From Octopus vulgaris (lineage: Eukaryota): a stretch of DNA of 64,000 bases. A program made the position numbers and the translations under genes. Position 1 is the stretch's first letter. Each line of letters opens with the position of its first letter. The DNA lies in contig OX597819.1 of NCBI GenBank assembly GCA_951406725.2, forward strand, positions 3,720,001 to 3,784,000. Direction: 5' to 3'. This document shows, in pieces, positions 1 to 11,499 of this stretch. The notes beneath the pieces are model-generated. The model saw nothing but the letters and a program-made list of their open reading frames with translations, ran no database searches and was not told where the DNA came from.

Positions 1-479
1 GTAGAGTTGGAAGTTCGATTAAAATTTAAAATTCACTACTCATTCTTACTGAAATTATAATTCTACGAAATTGGTATTATTTTCTTCTTTCAAGTCAACT
101 TATGGCTCTAGTTCTAGACTTCAGCCAACTGTTCTGAATTAGAATTAATGTACTAACTCTATTTTAATGACTAAAAAATTAAAACAATCGTTGTATATTA
201 CATAAAACACTGTATGGTCATGCACATATGACATGCAATCAAATCAATAATTGAGAGAATAGCTTTTTTACAAAAGCTTCAGTATGCTTATGATAAATTT
301 GTTGGTATTTTCAAGTGTTAAATTAGAAATCTAAAGGCTTCGATTCTTGGTTAATGTTTTCAATCATTGCAATAAATTTTGTGCTTCCCTTATGCAAATT
401 TATGAGAAAAAACAGAAAACCAACGATCTCTTTTGATATTTAAAGCCAGTTATGTTTAGTGTTTTTCTTTCTGTTTCAC

Positions 480-1075
480 TGGATATTTTGGTTTAAATGC
501 TGTGGCAAATATTTTAGTAGAGATCAAAGTACAAATTGATAAGTCGATGTTTGTAGTACATATTGACTATTATTTTGCAGCAACTCTATCTACATTCTCT
601 CTTCTGAATAGGTATTTGTTGGAGGCTCAAAGTCGGTTTCTATTATGTTTGCTTGTATTTCTTTTAGGTATTATGAAAAATGTAATTTGGTGCTATGATT
701 CAAAACTAAAGGTAAACCATGAAGTCAAGGACTTTTAAAGTCGACAGATTTTCTTATCTTTGGTAATCTGTTATCTTTTGGTTTGTGTATCGAACACTTA
801 TATGAGATTAGTTCTGATCATTAATGTTTTGTTAGTTTTGATTCGTATTATAACAACAGAGGCCTTCACAATAAAGATTAGTTATAATTCTTCTCATAGT
901 GTTTAATTGTTCATGTTGGGATTTAATTTAAGTATACTATATTACTTCCGTAACAGTATATACTTCATAGCCATATATCGAATAAAGCTGTTTCTCCGAG
1001 TATTTTTGTAAATGAATTCTTTTCTTATAACTTAATTCTGGCTTGTATCATATTTATCGACATCATCTTTTTACT
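480..1075 (-). mobile_element. Possible highly decayed Penelope-like RT relic
   Basis: Minus-strand fragments read IHKP (cf. PKIHK), VNMY..TNID (cf. DV.SLYTNI) and DVDK (cf. ADKG) in the expected order. Heavily frameshifted, boundaries approximate. Confidence 0.3.
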
Positions 1076-3092
1076 GAGGTTTGGCAAATGAAAAGTAATT
1101 AAAAATAAAAACAAAACATGTATCTCCTGCAGTCTGTGACAGAAGCTAGATTTTTGTAGGCATGAAATAACATATTTCAACTACTACCATGTTCAATATC
1201 GGTTCCTAGAGATTTGTTGTTCAGCATACCGTTCACTCGATGTTTTTCGTCATTTGGTATTGTTACTTTAGCGAGACTCGAAACCAATTCGTCGAATTAC
1301 GAAGTTAAAGTCATGACAGAACAACGGCTTGTTTATGTGAGAGGCCGAATTATTGGCCAATCAACGGCCAAATTTGATGTGATGGGTCGATCTAGATCAT
1401 TCTGTAACTTTTTCCCATAAGGGTTATATAAAGGCCAGTTTTAGCGCCAATTTTCAGTGTGCGTGGTAACCCGAGATCCAACTCCACACATTCTCTCGCC
1501 TTTGTAATAGCCGTTATCACGATTGTCTGCTCAATTTGGATATGTTGATTTATCTGGTTGAAATGAATCTACTATGTATATCTACTCCAGTCTTATCAAG
1601 CTTCAGTATAGAGCTTTTGTAATCTACTAATCATCAATGCTACAGAATTATTCATTCAATTGTGTTGACTTGATGTCGGAACTTTATAATTCATGATCAA
1701 CTTAAATATTATTCGTCCAGTGAAATAAAAGTTACTATTAAATGTTTGTTTGGCGTTGTTATATCACTCATACGCAGCCCCATAGGCATATAACCAACCA
1801 ACCCTACTACTTATTGGTTCTAATTTGAAGAGATCAATCTCTTGGATTGTCTTTTTTGCTCAAAATATCTTAGAATATAACCAGTTACTCTTTGATATTT
1901 CCCATTCTGGTAGAAATGTTATATATCACAGAGATTTTTGAAGCTTTATTCTCTTCAAGACAGTCGCGGCCAACTCTGCTAAGATTTTACTGCGGTAGTT
2001 GTATGTCACCTACTAGTGTTCCCTTTGACCAAAATTCCTTTTTTTTGTTATTCTCTTTTATTGGTTCCATGTCAAAACTCTTTCCTAGTAAACAAGCAGC
2101 CGCAAAGTAAACAATGAATATTCAGACATTTGGTTGGGTAGTATTCTGTAAGATTATCTCAATTCTTGTGTATTTCTATTTTGATGCGAACTAACCTATG
2201 TAACCCTGCGTTTATTTAAACGCTTCTATATTCTCTAGGTGGCGCTTTCCTCTTGCTGGTGTTTTCAATCTGACTAATGCTGGCAGGATATTGCTTTACA
2301 GATACATTAGTTATACTTGGTCATACACATTTACCACTTGGTTGTAAGTTGTATAAGTGTTAGTTATCGAGAATTGTTTGAGAAAACTCAGAAGATACTG
2401 AATATTAAATTTCCCATCATGCAATACTCTTCCTCCCTCTACTCAGCTCTTTTCCTACCTCCCGTCCACATTTTCTATATGACACGCATGGGAAATTTTG
2501 TCAAGCAGACGCCACTTTCTTCTACTTTTCCTTTTCTTGTGTGTTTGCTATATTTCTGAGAGAATCCTGTACATTGCTTGATTTGTGCACCAGTAGTCAT
2601 CTTAGAACCGAATTGTGTCAACTGCACTTCACCTCTCTGCTCGGGCGTGATGCTTTTACTTGTGCCGATATCAAGCGCTATATGAATTATCTTCGTCAGA
2701 GAAGATCGGTTTTGTATAGAAATCTTCCTTCACTCTATTGATTTTATCACAATGCTCAATTTAATGCTGCTGGAAACTTGGCAGATTCTAGCATTATGCA
2801 AGACCGTTTATCCGATTAGTTTTTTGTGTGTATTTGCACGTTATTATTCATTGTTACATCTTTTCTTTTTTCAGTCCTGTATATCCTCAAATAAAATATG
2901 TAAGATCTATATTTATGATGTGTGTTGTGCAGGACTGTGTCACGTTTGACCGCCTGTTTACTACGAAGAATATTGTTTCAAGTCCATGTTTAAACATTCC
3001 AGTTATAGGAATATTGAAAATGACATTTCCTCTGCTTCTTATGTTTTTTTTTTGTTGAGTAATTCTTTTACTATATTGTTTCTTTTGATGCG

Positions 3093-3275
3093 GCAAGCTG
3101 GCAGAGTTCTTAGCTCGTCAGACTAAATGCTTATCGGTATTTCGCTTGCCTTTATGTTCTTAGTGAAGATTCCGTCGCAGTCGACTTCACTATTCATTCT
3201 TTCGGCGTCGATAAAATAAGTTAAATACTTTATAGAAAGGACTATATTTATTCTTTCGGTTGTTGATAAAATAAA
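3093..3275 (+). mobile_element. Degenerate SINE family A head fragment
   Basis: ggcaagctggcagagttcttagc...gtcgacttcactattcattctttcggcgtcgataaaataag matches the family A copies at 21488 and 60971 (reverse complement). Confidence 0.65.
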
Positions 3276-3851
3276 ACTGCTCTACTTTTAAATGATATTT
3301 GTCTTATAATTTATAAAGCGTAAGTTATAATTCAAACATCAAATTTAATTATAATACCCATTTATTGACTGGCCTATGCAGCCTTCTTCATTAACATAAT
3401 TCCTGGATGAAGAGGTTCATCTCACTCTTCACTTTACTTATCTCAGTTTTCTAGAAAGTATTATGAAAATATAGAGATTATTTCCCCACTCCTTTTATAT
3501 CTGTAGACTTTTAATGTTCAATAGTTTCAAATAACAGATTAAAATGCTTTACAACTAAGCTTCCTGTTAATCTGAAAATGTTTACCTTGTATCAGTTTTT
3601 TGATGTGTGGTCCAAAAAATTTCAGTAAATAATTTTGCAGCTGTCGCATTCGAAAATATAGTATTTCCTTAATATATTAAGAGCTTTTATAAAATGTTTT
3701 TAGATACTGGTTTCATGTTAACATGTTCTGTAAGAAATATTCTTGCAGCCGGAAATTGTTGTTACATCTTATACATTCTTAAGCAGAAATATAGAAAATA
3801 AGGAAATATATGTGTATATGTGTATCTTAATAAAGACAGAAGTATTAATAC

Positions 3852-4239
3852 CAAAAACAATCCTTATGTTCAACTTAACGTAGATGTTTTGTTTGAACAC
3901 CGAATAGAGCGTTATTTGCCAAGACAGATCTTTCATAAAGACTGGTCGTTCTTAAAGTGCTGCGACATCTGTTCCAAAAAAAGCACTGAAATCCTATATA
4001 TTGCTGTCCGTTGTTATGTCGCTACCGGACGTCTGCCACTGAGGAACCCAAAACAGGGTGAAATCACGTGATCTGGCTGTCTCGGTGGCTGTAGCAGACA
4101 TTCTTCGTCTGTCAAAGATATAAATACGAGTGCTTTTATGTACCACGAAGTCATATGAGAGGTTCTTTCTAGATAAATAAAGCAGTGTCCGGTGTTGTAA
4201 CAAAACATCCACGTTAAGTTGGACATACAGATTGCCTTT

Positions 4240-4241
<2 letters not shown>
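3852..4241 (+). mobile_element. About 390-bp non-coding cassette with diverged inverted terminal arms around an HHR, ending in (TA)n
   Basis: 3852-3902 caaaaacaatccttatgttcaacttaacgtagatgttttgtttgaacaccg matches the reverse complement of 4190-4241 (caaaaggcaatctgtatgtccaacttaacgtggatgttttgttacaacaccg). Weaker similarity continues inward. Confidence 0.7.
4021..4089 (+). ncRNA. Type I hammerhead ribozyme, canonical core
   Basis: GCCA-CTGAGGA-ACCC(aaaaca)GGGT-GAAA-TCACGTGA-TC-TGGC. Stem I GCCA/TGGC is extended by GAC/GTC and GCTACCG/CGGTGGC. Stem III is palindromic. Predicted cleavage after AUC at 4073. Confidence 0.85.
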
Positions 4242-4277
<36 letters not shown>

Positions 4278-4801
4278 TTATAAACATTGGCCGCACTTTC
4301 CACATTTCACATCGATACCTAACCTTGCATTTGTAGAAATTTCCACACTGAACTAGAACTATCCATCTCAAAGATTAACCTCCTATCAACAATAAGAATT
4401 GAGACATGTCGCTCCAACCAGTACAAAGGTAGTCCGAAATAATTTCATCTTCCTCCAATGGTCTTAATTAAAATTCATTGATTACAAACATGTGTAAAAT
4501 TAATGATTGTCCCATCCCGTTTAACAATATTTTTTTTACTACAATCTCTACATATTTAAGTTAATTATTGCGAACGCTTAGATACAACACTCACACCCTT
4601 CCAAAGTCAATATATTCTTGTATAAACTGCAAACAATATATTGTGCTCCATAGTACTAAACAGCCCAAATCGGGCGAAACTGAGTATCGTGTCTATTTCT
4701 GATGCAACGTCCCTTCCTTCCTGAGCGTCCAATAATACTATATTTGTTCCACGTCCTTGCGTTGTTGTGTTTGCTCTATGTGTTTTCATGTTTGGATTAA
4801 C

Positions 4802-4859
<58 letters not shown>

Positions 4860-4869
4860 ATACTAAGCA

Positions 4870-5126
4870 ATAAAGGGTTTAGCAACGAATTGCCTTACCA
4901 CATACCGAATTTAGAAATAGCAGTCAAAGATTTATAGCTATTTCTTCTACTAAAAAGGGAGATCTCAGTAAAAACAGCAATTGGAAGGCAGACACAAACA
5001 GGTAAGAGAGAATGAATTGACGGCAATCTAAGATCTCCCTTTTTAGTAGAAGAAATAGCTATAAATCTTTGACTGCTATTTCTAAATTCGGTATGTGGTA
5101 AGGCAATTCGTTGCTAAACCCTTTAT
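4870..5126. repeat. Perfect 96-bp inverted repeat with 65-bp spacer
   Basis: 4870-4965 is the exact reverse complement of 5031-5126. The cassette is flanked by (TA)n runs. Confidence 0.95.
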
Positions 5127-5361
5127 AGTATTACTTAAATTTTCCTCGAATGAGGCTTTTACATGCCGAAGACTACTTGGTGTAATTGATAATTATTCCA
5201 AATTAATTAATTTCACCCTTCATTATTACGGATAACCATATATATTTATATATATATATAGTTAATCCAAACAACAAGAAAACACAAAAAAACACAGCAA
5301 CGCGAGGAAGTGGAACAAATAAAGTATTATTGGGCGCTCAGGAAAGAAGGGAAGAAGGAGG

Positions 5362-5396
5362 GTTTAACGTTTCGAGCGGAGCTCTTCGTCGGAAAC
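5362..5396 (-). ncRNA. Minimal hammerhead-like motif, CCGACGA core variant
   Basis: Minus strand: GTTT-CCGACGA-a-GAGC(tcc)GCTC-GAAA-CG-TT-AAAC. Stem I GTTT/AAAC, stem III palindromic (ACGT). Confidence 0.6.
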
Positions 5397-5734
5397 ATAG
5401 GAGAAGCAAAGATCCCGAGAAGGGACGACAGAGGAAAAAAAATCGCTGGCGGTACTCACGAGGTCACATATATATATATCTTCTTTCTCTCCTTCTTGTT
5501 CCTTTCCTTCTCTTTTTCTTTAACACCACTTTCAGACACACACACACACACGTGCGCTCTGTCTCACTTTCTCCCCATTCCTTACCCCCTTGTACTATCT
5601 TATATCTCTCTCCATCCCTACACACTCAATAATACTATAAAAAGAGACAGAATTCCTGCAAAAGTTCAATTTTACAACTCCACTAGAGTGGACGAAAGCG
5701 CTAATATATGATAAATGATATATGATATATGATA

Positions 5735-5779
<45 letters not shown>

Positions 5780-6212
5780 CATGTATGTATATATGTATGT
5801 GTGTATATCAATATATATATTCACATACATGTTCGTGTATATATATATATGTATGCATGTTTTTTTCCTACCACCATACATTATAACCAACACACACACA
5901 CACACACACACACATTAGGAGAATAAAAAAAGTGCCATAAAGAGGCAGCATTTAGCTTTTGCATTTATCAATGTCCAAGCGGAAGTATTTCTTGATCTTG
6001 AAGATAGTAGCTTCATAAGTAGACAATAGATCACAATTAATTCATGCTAGCATGTTTGTTTTCAGATGTAAGCCATGACTATGATTCGTGTGATGTTTCC
6101 TCGTTTTTCTGCCTTTCAAGATTTTCGAGATAGTCTACATTTCGGTCGGCAATGCGGCCATTGGTGCTGGTGTTACAAAATTAAGAGTTATGCGTATTCG
6201 TAAATAATAGTT

Positions 6213-6456
6213 ATATTTTATGCTTGACTGTCGCCGAATTCAAATCTGGTATAACTGCATCATGAAAATTCTGAAAAGATTCAAATTTCAAAATATTATC
6301 GTAAGAAAATTTGGTTAGAACAAGGAAGCAAATACTTTGGTAGTGAGTAGAGTATCAAACTCAGTAAAATGATAAGTAAAAAATAAAGACCATTCCAAAA
6401 TTTTCATGATGCAGTTATACCAGATTTGAATTCGGCGACAGTCAAGCATAAAATAT
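6213..6456. repeat. Perfect 58-bp inverted repeat with 128-bp spacer
   Basis: 6213-6270 atattttatgcttgactgtcgccgaattcaaatctggtataactgcatcatgaaaatt is the reverse complement of 6399-6456. Confidence 0.92.
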
Positions 6457-9400
6457 TCTCGTCGATGAACGTTTCTATCACCTTTACACTATGTCATATC
6501 TGTTCACTCTCCTAGATCAACCAGGAAATGTTAACTCCACCCTTTTATGAAAGCTGATCGGTAGTGCGAACGTAGTATTGGGGTGAGTTCAAGTGTTTCC
6601 TTGAATAACACCGGAATGATAATGACCATTTCTCTGAGTTTTCCTCTTTGTAAGTGAAAATTCACATTATTTATCCTTCGTTAATGATTTCACGAGTTCC
6701 AGCAGAATGCAGCACATACCGCAAGTGACCCAAACCCTTGAGACCCAAGCAAATGACACGTACACCAATTCATTTGCTTTATAGATGTTTTTTTTTTCAT
6801 TATTTGTACAACTATTTTAATACTTTTGGATAATATTAGTTATCTCTGGATTTTATTCTGCTAATTTGATATGCATAATTTCTCACTAAACAGTAGTAGA
6901 TCTTAGTTATGGCACAGTAAGTATTGTATAAATGGTAAACAAGTTATTGGCTGCCCTTTTTTCCTTCAGATGTTTGGGATATTGTCTGGACTGTATGACA
7001 TATATTTTCTTTCTGATCTGTGCTTTCTCTTCTGCTTCTGTAATCTATTGAAAGTCCTTTATTCGCAACTCATTTGATGCGATTCTTTACTGTGTTGTGT
7101 AATATCATTCTAGAGAACCTTCACATTCATCTTTTGAATGACTTCACATTCATCTATTGAAAGTACTTCTATAGGAACATTTTCCTTTCGATTAAGTGAG
7201 CAATGAAAACATTTTATGTTCCAAACGAAGGAAGTGTTTTACGGTAATGCTCTCTTTAATCTTGAACACCTGAACATTTTTACTGTTTGTCTGAAATTTC
7301 ATTCCTAATCAAAACACCAAATTCATCAACGTTTGCTTCGAGGCTTGTAACAACTTGGCGTGCTTTGTGAAAAAACATTCTTGGTAGAAACTTCTATTTC
7401 AATATTTTTAAATATTTTAAAGTTTAAAAATGTGTTAGGTCTTAAGTTTCAGAAGAGGGGTCTGTCACACTTAGAAATGCTATTTTTGTCGTGTATTATC
7501 TCGAAACTATGTTAAATGCCTGTATTAATTTACTCATTATTGGAATAGGCATTACATTCATTTCTTACTCAAATTTTACCTCTATTTGTAAAAACATAAT
7601 TCTATGGTCATAATGAATTTGAGATGTTTATGAAATGACGTTCTACATTTAAAAATATTCAAAACAATTTCAGGAACAACAAGAAAAAGAAATAGAAATA
7701 CAATCCAATTAATTTCATGTTCTAAGTAAGAAATAGAGAAAAGTTTTACATTTTCAGCTGTGGTCTTACCCCAGGAATCTCAGACAGAAAGGGGAAAAAA
7801 TAGAAGTGAATGTGGGTGGCGTTTCTTTAGTGGACGAAGCACGTCAGTAAATGAACCAACAGAAGTAACAGAACTGAATGGCGAAGTTCATTCAAGAGAG
7901 ACAACGGGCGAGATCTTTGTTGTATATCTATGTTTCCTTGTGTGATGGCTTTATCGAGAAAATGCATTTTATTTGTCTGCGCATGTAAGTTAAGTTGTTG
8001 AGTGTGTACGTGTAAATATGTAAGTATTGCTGTATAGAGGTAATGAATGGAACGTAATAGTATATGTGTGATGGGCTGGATGATAGTTAGAAGAGAAATT
8101 CGGTCATGTGAAGAGAGGCAGAGAGACTAGAGAAGCGTGTGAAATGCACAGAATGGTGCTTATCGGGTTATGGGGAGGTAGCATTACATAGTTGTTTATT
8201 CCAGTAGGCTTTACTCTGATTTTTCAATCAATTTGAACCATTGTCACCGAAAATTATCAACTATTGTCGTATTTACTCTTTACATCATTAATACCATTCG
8301 TTGCTCATTTCTATTTTGACATTGTTTGCATATTGCTTAGTAATAAATATAACTACATTCATCATCACACGTATACACATTCAACGTTGACCGCGATTGG
8401 CACACCCGAGACAATAAGTTCAATTATTTTCTTGCACTTACTCTCTCCTCGGTTTATTAAATGTTTAAGTATCTTCTTGTGAATAAGCTCATGTTTTGTA
8501 TATTAGTTATAAAGCATTTTGACTTTTACATCACTAATGAAGAATCATTTTCGGTTTCCTTGTACAATTCCCTAAAAGTTTTCAAGGTAGTGACTCTAAT
8601 CGAAGCTACGGATTCCTAGTTTATGTGTTATCATAACCTTTCTTTTCCACGTGATATTCTTTATATATACTCATATAACCGAATTTTTCCCGCATTTGCA
8701 TTACAATTCATTGACTTTTTATCCATAGATAATGGTTGCTTTATTTGTATTTCCTCATTCATTTCTAATATTGGCTCTTATTTTAAGCAATCACTCATGT
8801 AATAATTGTCTAATCATGAGAATTACTTCCCTCTTAGACATGTGTTAAATACATCTGATATACTGTAGATCTGGAATGGTTTGCTAGATTTACTCAAGAT
8901 TTTGTCTGCGTTTTATCTCTCTCGATTTCATAAAGATTATATCAAAACTGTACCTAATTACTGGGATAGCTAGTGTATTTACACGAATTTATGGTTTTCA
9001 TTTGATTCTATTCCTAATATTAATCAGATTATTTATAAGATACTGTTTTAAAATATTCTCTTGATTTATGTATGATGCTCCATTTAATTCTAAATATTTA
9101 TATACGTGTTAATAGTTTTTTCTCTCTGAGTTCTAGATATTTATGCATCATAATGGTATCTGCTAAGTTGCTGTTTTACTGGTGACTGTGGAACACATGT
9201 TAAGCTCCACGTTAAAGAAAATATGTCGAAAACCTTTTATATCACATTGGTACAGTTGACGGGTTTACACGGTGTAGACAAAAGTGCTGTAAGCTGTTTT
9301 CTGCGAACTACGGCTAATGTTTAGAGACTATTTGGTGGAGAACACATAGTTAGCGTGGGTATATGTTGATAAAGACTGAAGATGATGGAAGGAGTCAGTT

Positions 9401-9680
9401 ATATTCGTTTTGTGCATCATAGAAATTTAAGAGAAGACAAGACCACGCATTAGTTGTGCGGTCAGTCTTCATTACACGATAACAAAATTTATTGTTGGAA
9501 AGTTAAGAAGGAATAAAAGAGTGCGTCATCATCGGTGGAGTATGTGAGGTTAGAAGGCAATTTATGTAGACAAGGAAAGGTATGGAAGATGCGATGAAAA
9601 CTTGGATTGTGGTAAATTTGATAGAATTTAGGTCGAATAGAACACATCTTGGAGAGACCTCACAAAAAAATTTCGATAAA

Positions 9681-11158
9681 AAACCCCAGTTTTCAAGAAA
9701 GGCAAAAAGTCACTCGCCGTGAATTACCGACCGATCTTACCTCTCATATCATCAAATTATTTGAGAGAGTGGTGAGATCTTGACTAACTCAGTTCTTGGA
9801 ATCTAACAGTCTAATTATTCCCAACCAACATGGCTTCTACAATGGAAGGGACTGCTTAACATAACTCTTGCATTATTTCAATTACATCTTAAAGGCCATG
9901 GGAGAGGGATCCAATGCAGATGCCATATACCTTGACTTCAGCAAAGCCTTTGACAGGGTTGATCGCTGCATCCTGTTAAAGAAACAGTCCAACATTGGAG
10001 TCCGAGATAAACTGTTAACTTGGATGAAATGTTTTCTGATGAACAGAACTCAACATGTAGTGATTGATGGTGTCCGATCGATCTCAGCCAGGATTATAAG
10101 TGGAGTCCCACAAAGTACTGTATTGGGTCCGCTCCTTTTCATAATTTATATTAACGACATCACTGACGTCATCAAATACATTAGCATGTATATTTTCGCG
10201 GATGACTCCATGGTACCGAAGGTTGTTGACAGGGTTGAAGACCAGATAAACCTTCAATCTGATATGTTTGCTATTATCCAATGGGCGGAGAAATATAATA
10301 TGCAGGTAAACGAGAACAAATTCAATCTAATCCACTTCGATGAAATGATTGCCTCCCAACAACCATATACTCTTCCCTCGGGCGAAACCTTCGTGGCAGC
10401 CAGCACTGCTAGAGACCTGGGTGTTACTGTTGACAACAAAATAAGCTGGAGTGCTCACATAAACAGCAAAGTTGACGTGGCTGCAGGACATGCTCCTGGA
10501 TCCTCAGGACCTTCCGTTGTTCTACTTTTCTCTACTTTTACTGACCCTCACCTAGAATACTGTTGTCCGCTGTGGTTCTCTCCCCACACGATACAGAATA
10601 TTATGAAAATTGAAGCTCCCCAGAGATCAATCATACACAAAAAAGAAATAGACGACATGACAAGCCTTGACTATCGGGATCGACTCAAAAAGCTCAGTTC
10701 TTATTCCCTCCAACGCCGCCGTGAGCGTTATATCATCTGTATGATGTGGAAAATGTTCCATATCAAGATTACCCAAATGACATAAGTATCATCTTTAAAA
10801 TTCATCCGAGGCTTAGCCCCCGTGCCATCCGTCCACTACAGAAATCACATTCGTGTCGTATCACAATACTACGACAAAACTATTTCACCTCAACTGGCCC
10901 TGCTCTCTTCAACGTCGTGCCAGGCCACATAAAGGAGGAAAGCGATTTCACGGCATTCAAATGGTCCCTAGATGATTACTTCCGACAAATACCAGACAAA
11001 CTACCCACACCCGGGTATGTCTCTGAAAACAGTAACTCTCTGCTCGAATGGGCTATGGTGCCCAAGGGCTAACTCTGTATCTCTTCCTGGTGGTGCTATT
11101 AAATCAGACATGGCCTGGGCCAACTTCGGTCAAAACTTATCAAAGTAACCTAAGTAAA
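9681..11158 (+). mobile_element. 5'-truncated CR1/L2-group LINE (RT pseudogene)
   Basis: Upstream fragments read NYRPI and NQHGF. ORF 9868-10785 has YLDFSKAFDRVD, SGVPQSTVLGPLLFIIYIND, FADD, RDLGV, LEYC and SLQRRRER, and continues by frameshift in ORF 10746-11072. Confidence 0.9.
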
Positions 11159-11245
11159 AACCTGTAGGCAGCTGAAATTTATCAGTATGTCTATGTATGA
11201 TATATGTATATTTGCACACATACATATATATACATATATATATAT

Positions 11246-11291
<46 letters not shown>

Positions 11292-11315
11292 GCATATATG
11301 GAAAGAAACAGGTAG

Positions 11316-11366
<51 letters not shown>

Positions 11367-11499
11367 ATAGAATGAGGGTGAGAGGCAAAATTTAAAAGAA
11401 CAACAAAAAAGCAGTTAGATAGTATTTCAGATAAATCACTACGATCATTTCAGTAGTCGTTGCTGTAAGTGCTTAACGTAAAAGACTGAAGTGCAGTAA

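Noticed and set aside
1214-1460. ORF with RGRIIG resembling a Tc1 N-terminus
   Set aside because: Short match only, with no TIR or DDE domain found.
5145-5185. HHR-like tcgaatga-GGC..GCC-gaag
   Set aside because: Both core halves deviate and stems I and III cannot be fitted, so it is not called a ribozyme.
6460-6530. Minus-strand GAAACGTTC next to the 58-bp IR
   Set aside because: No acceptable CUGANGA/UUGANAA half or stem II.
7740-7945. Splice-acceptor-like ttttcag followed by a 61-aa ORF
   Set aside because: No recognisable protein, no convincing donor and no neighbouring exons.
8480-9170. Faint minus-strand PLE RT-like words (IHKS, LAD)
   Set aside because: Too degenerate to distinguish from chance by eye. 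Needs tBLASTn.
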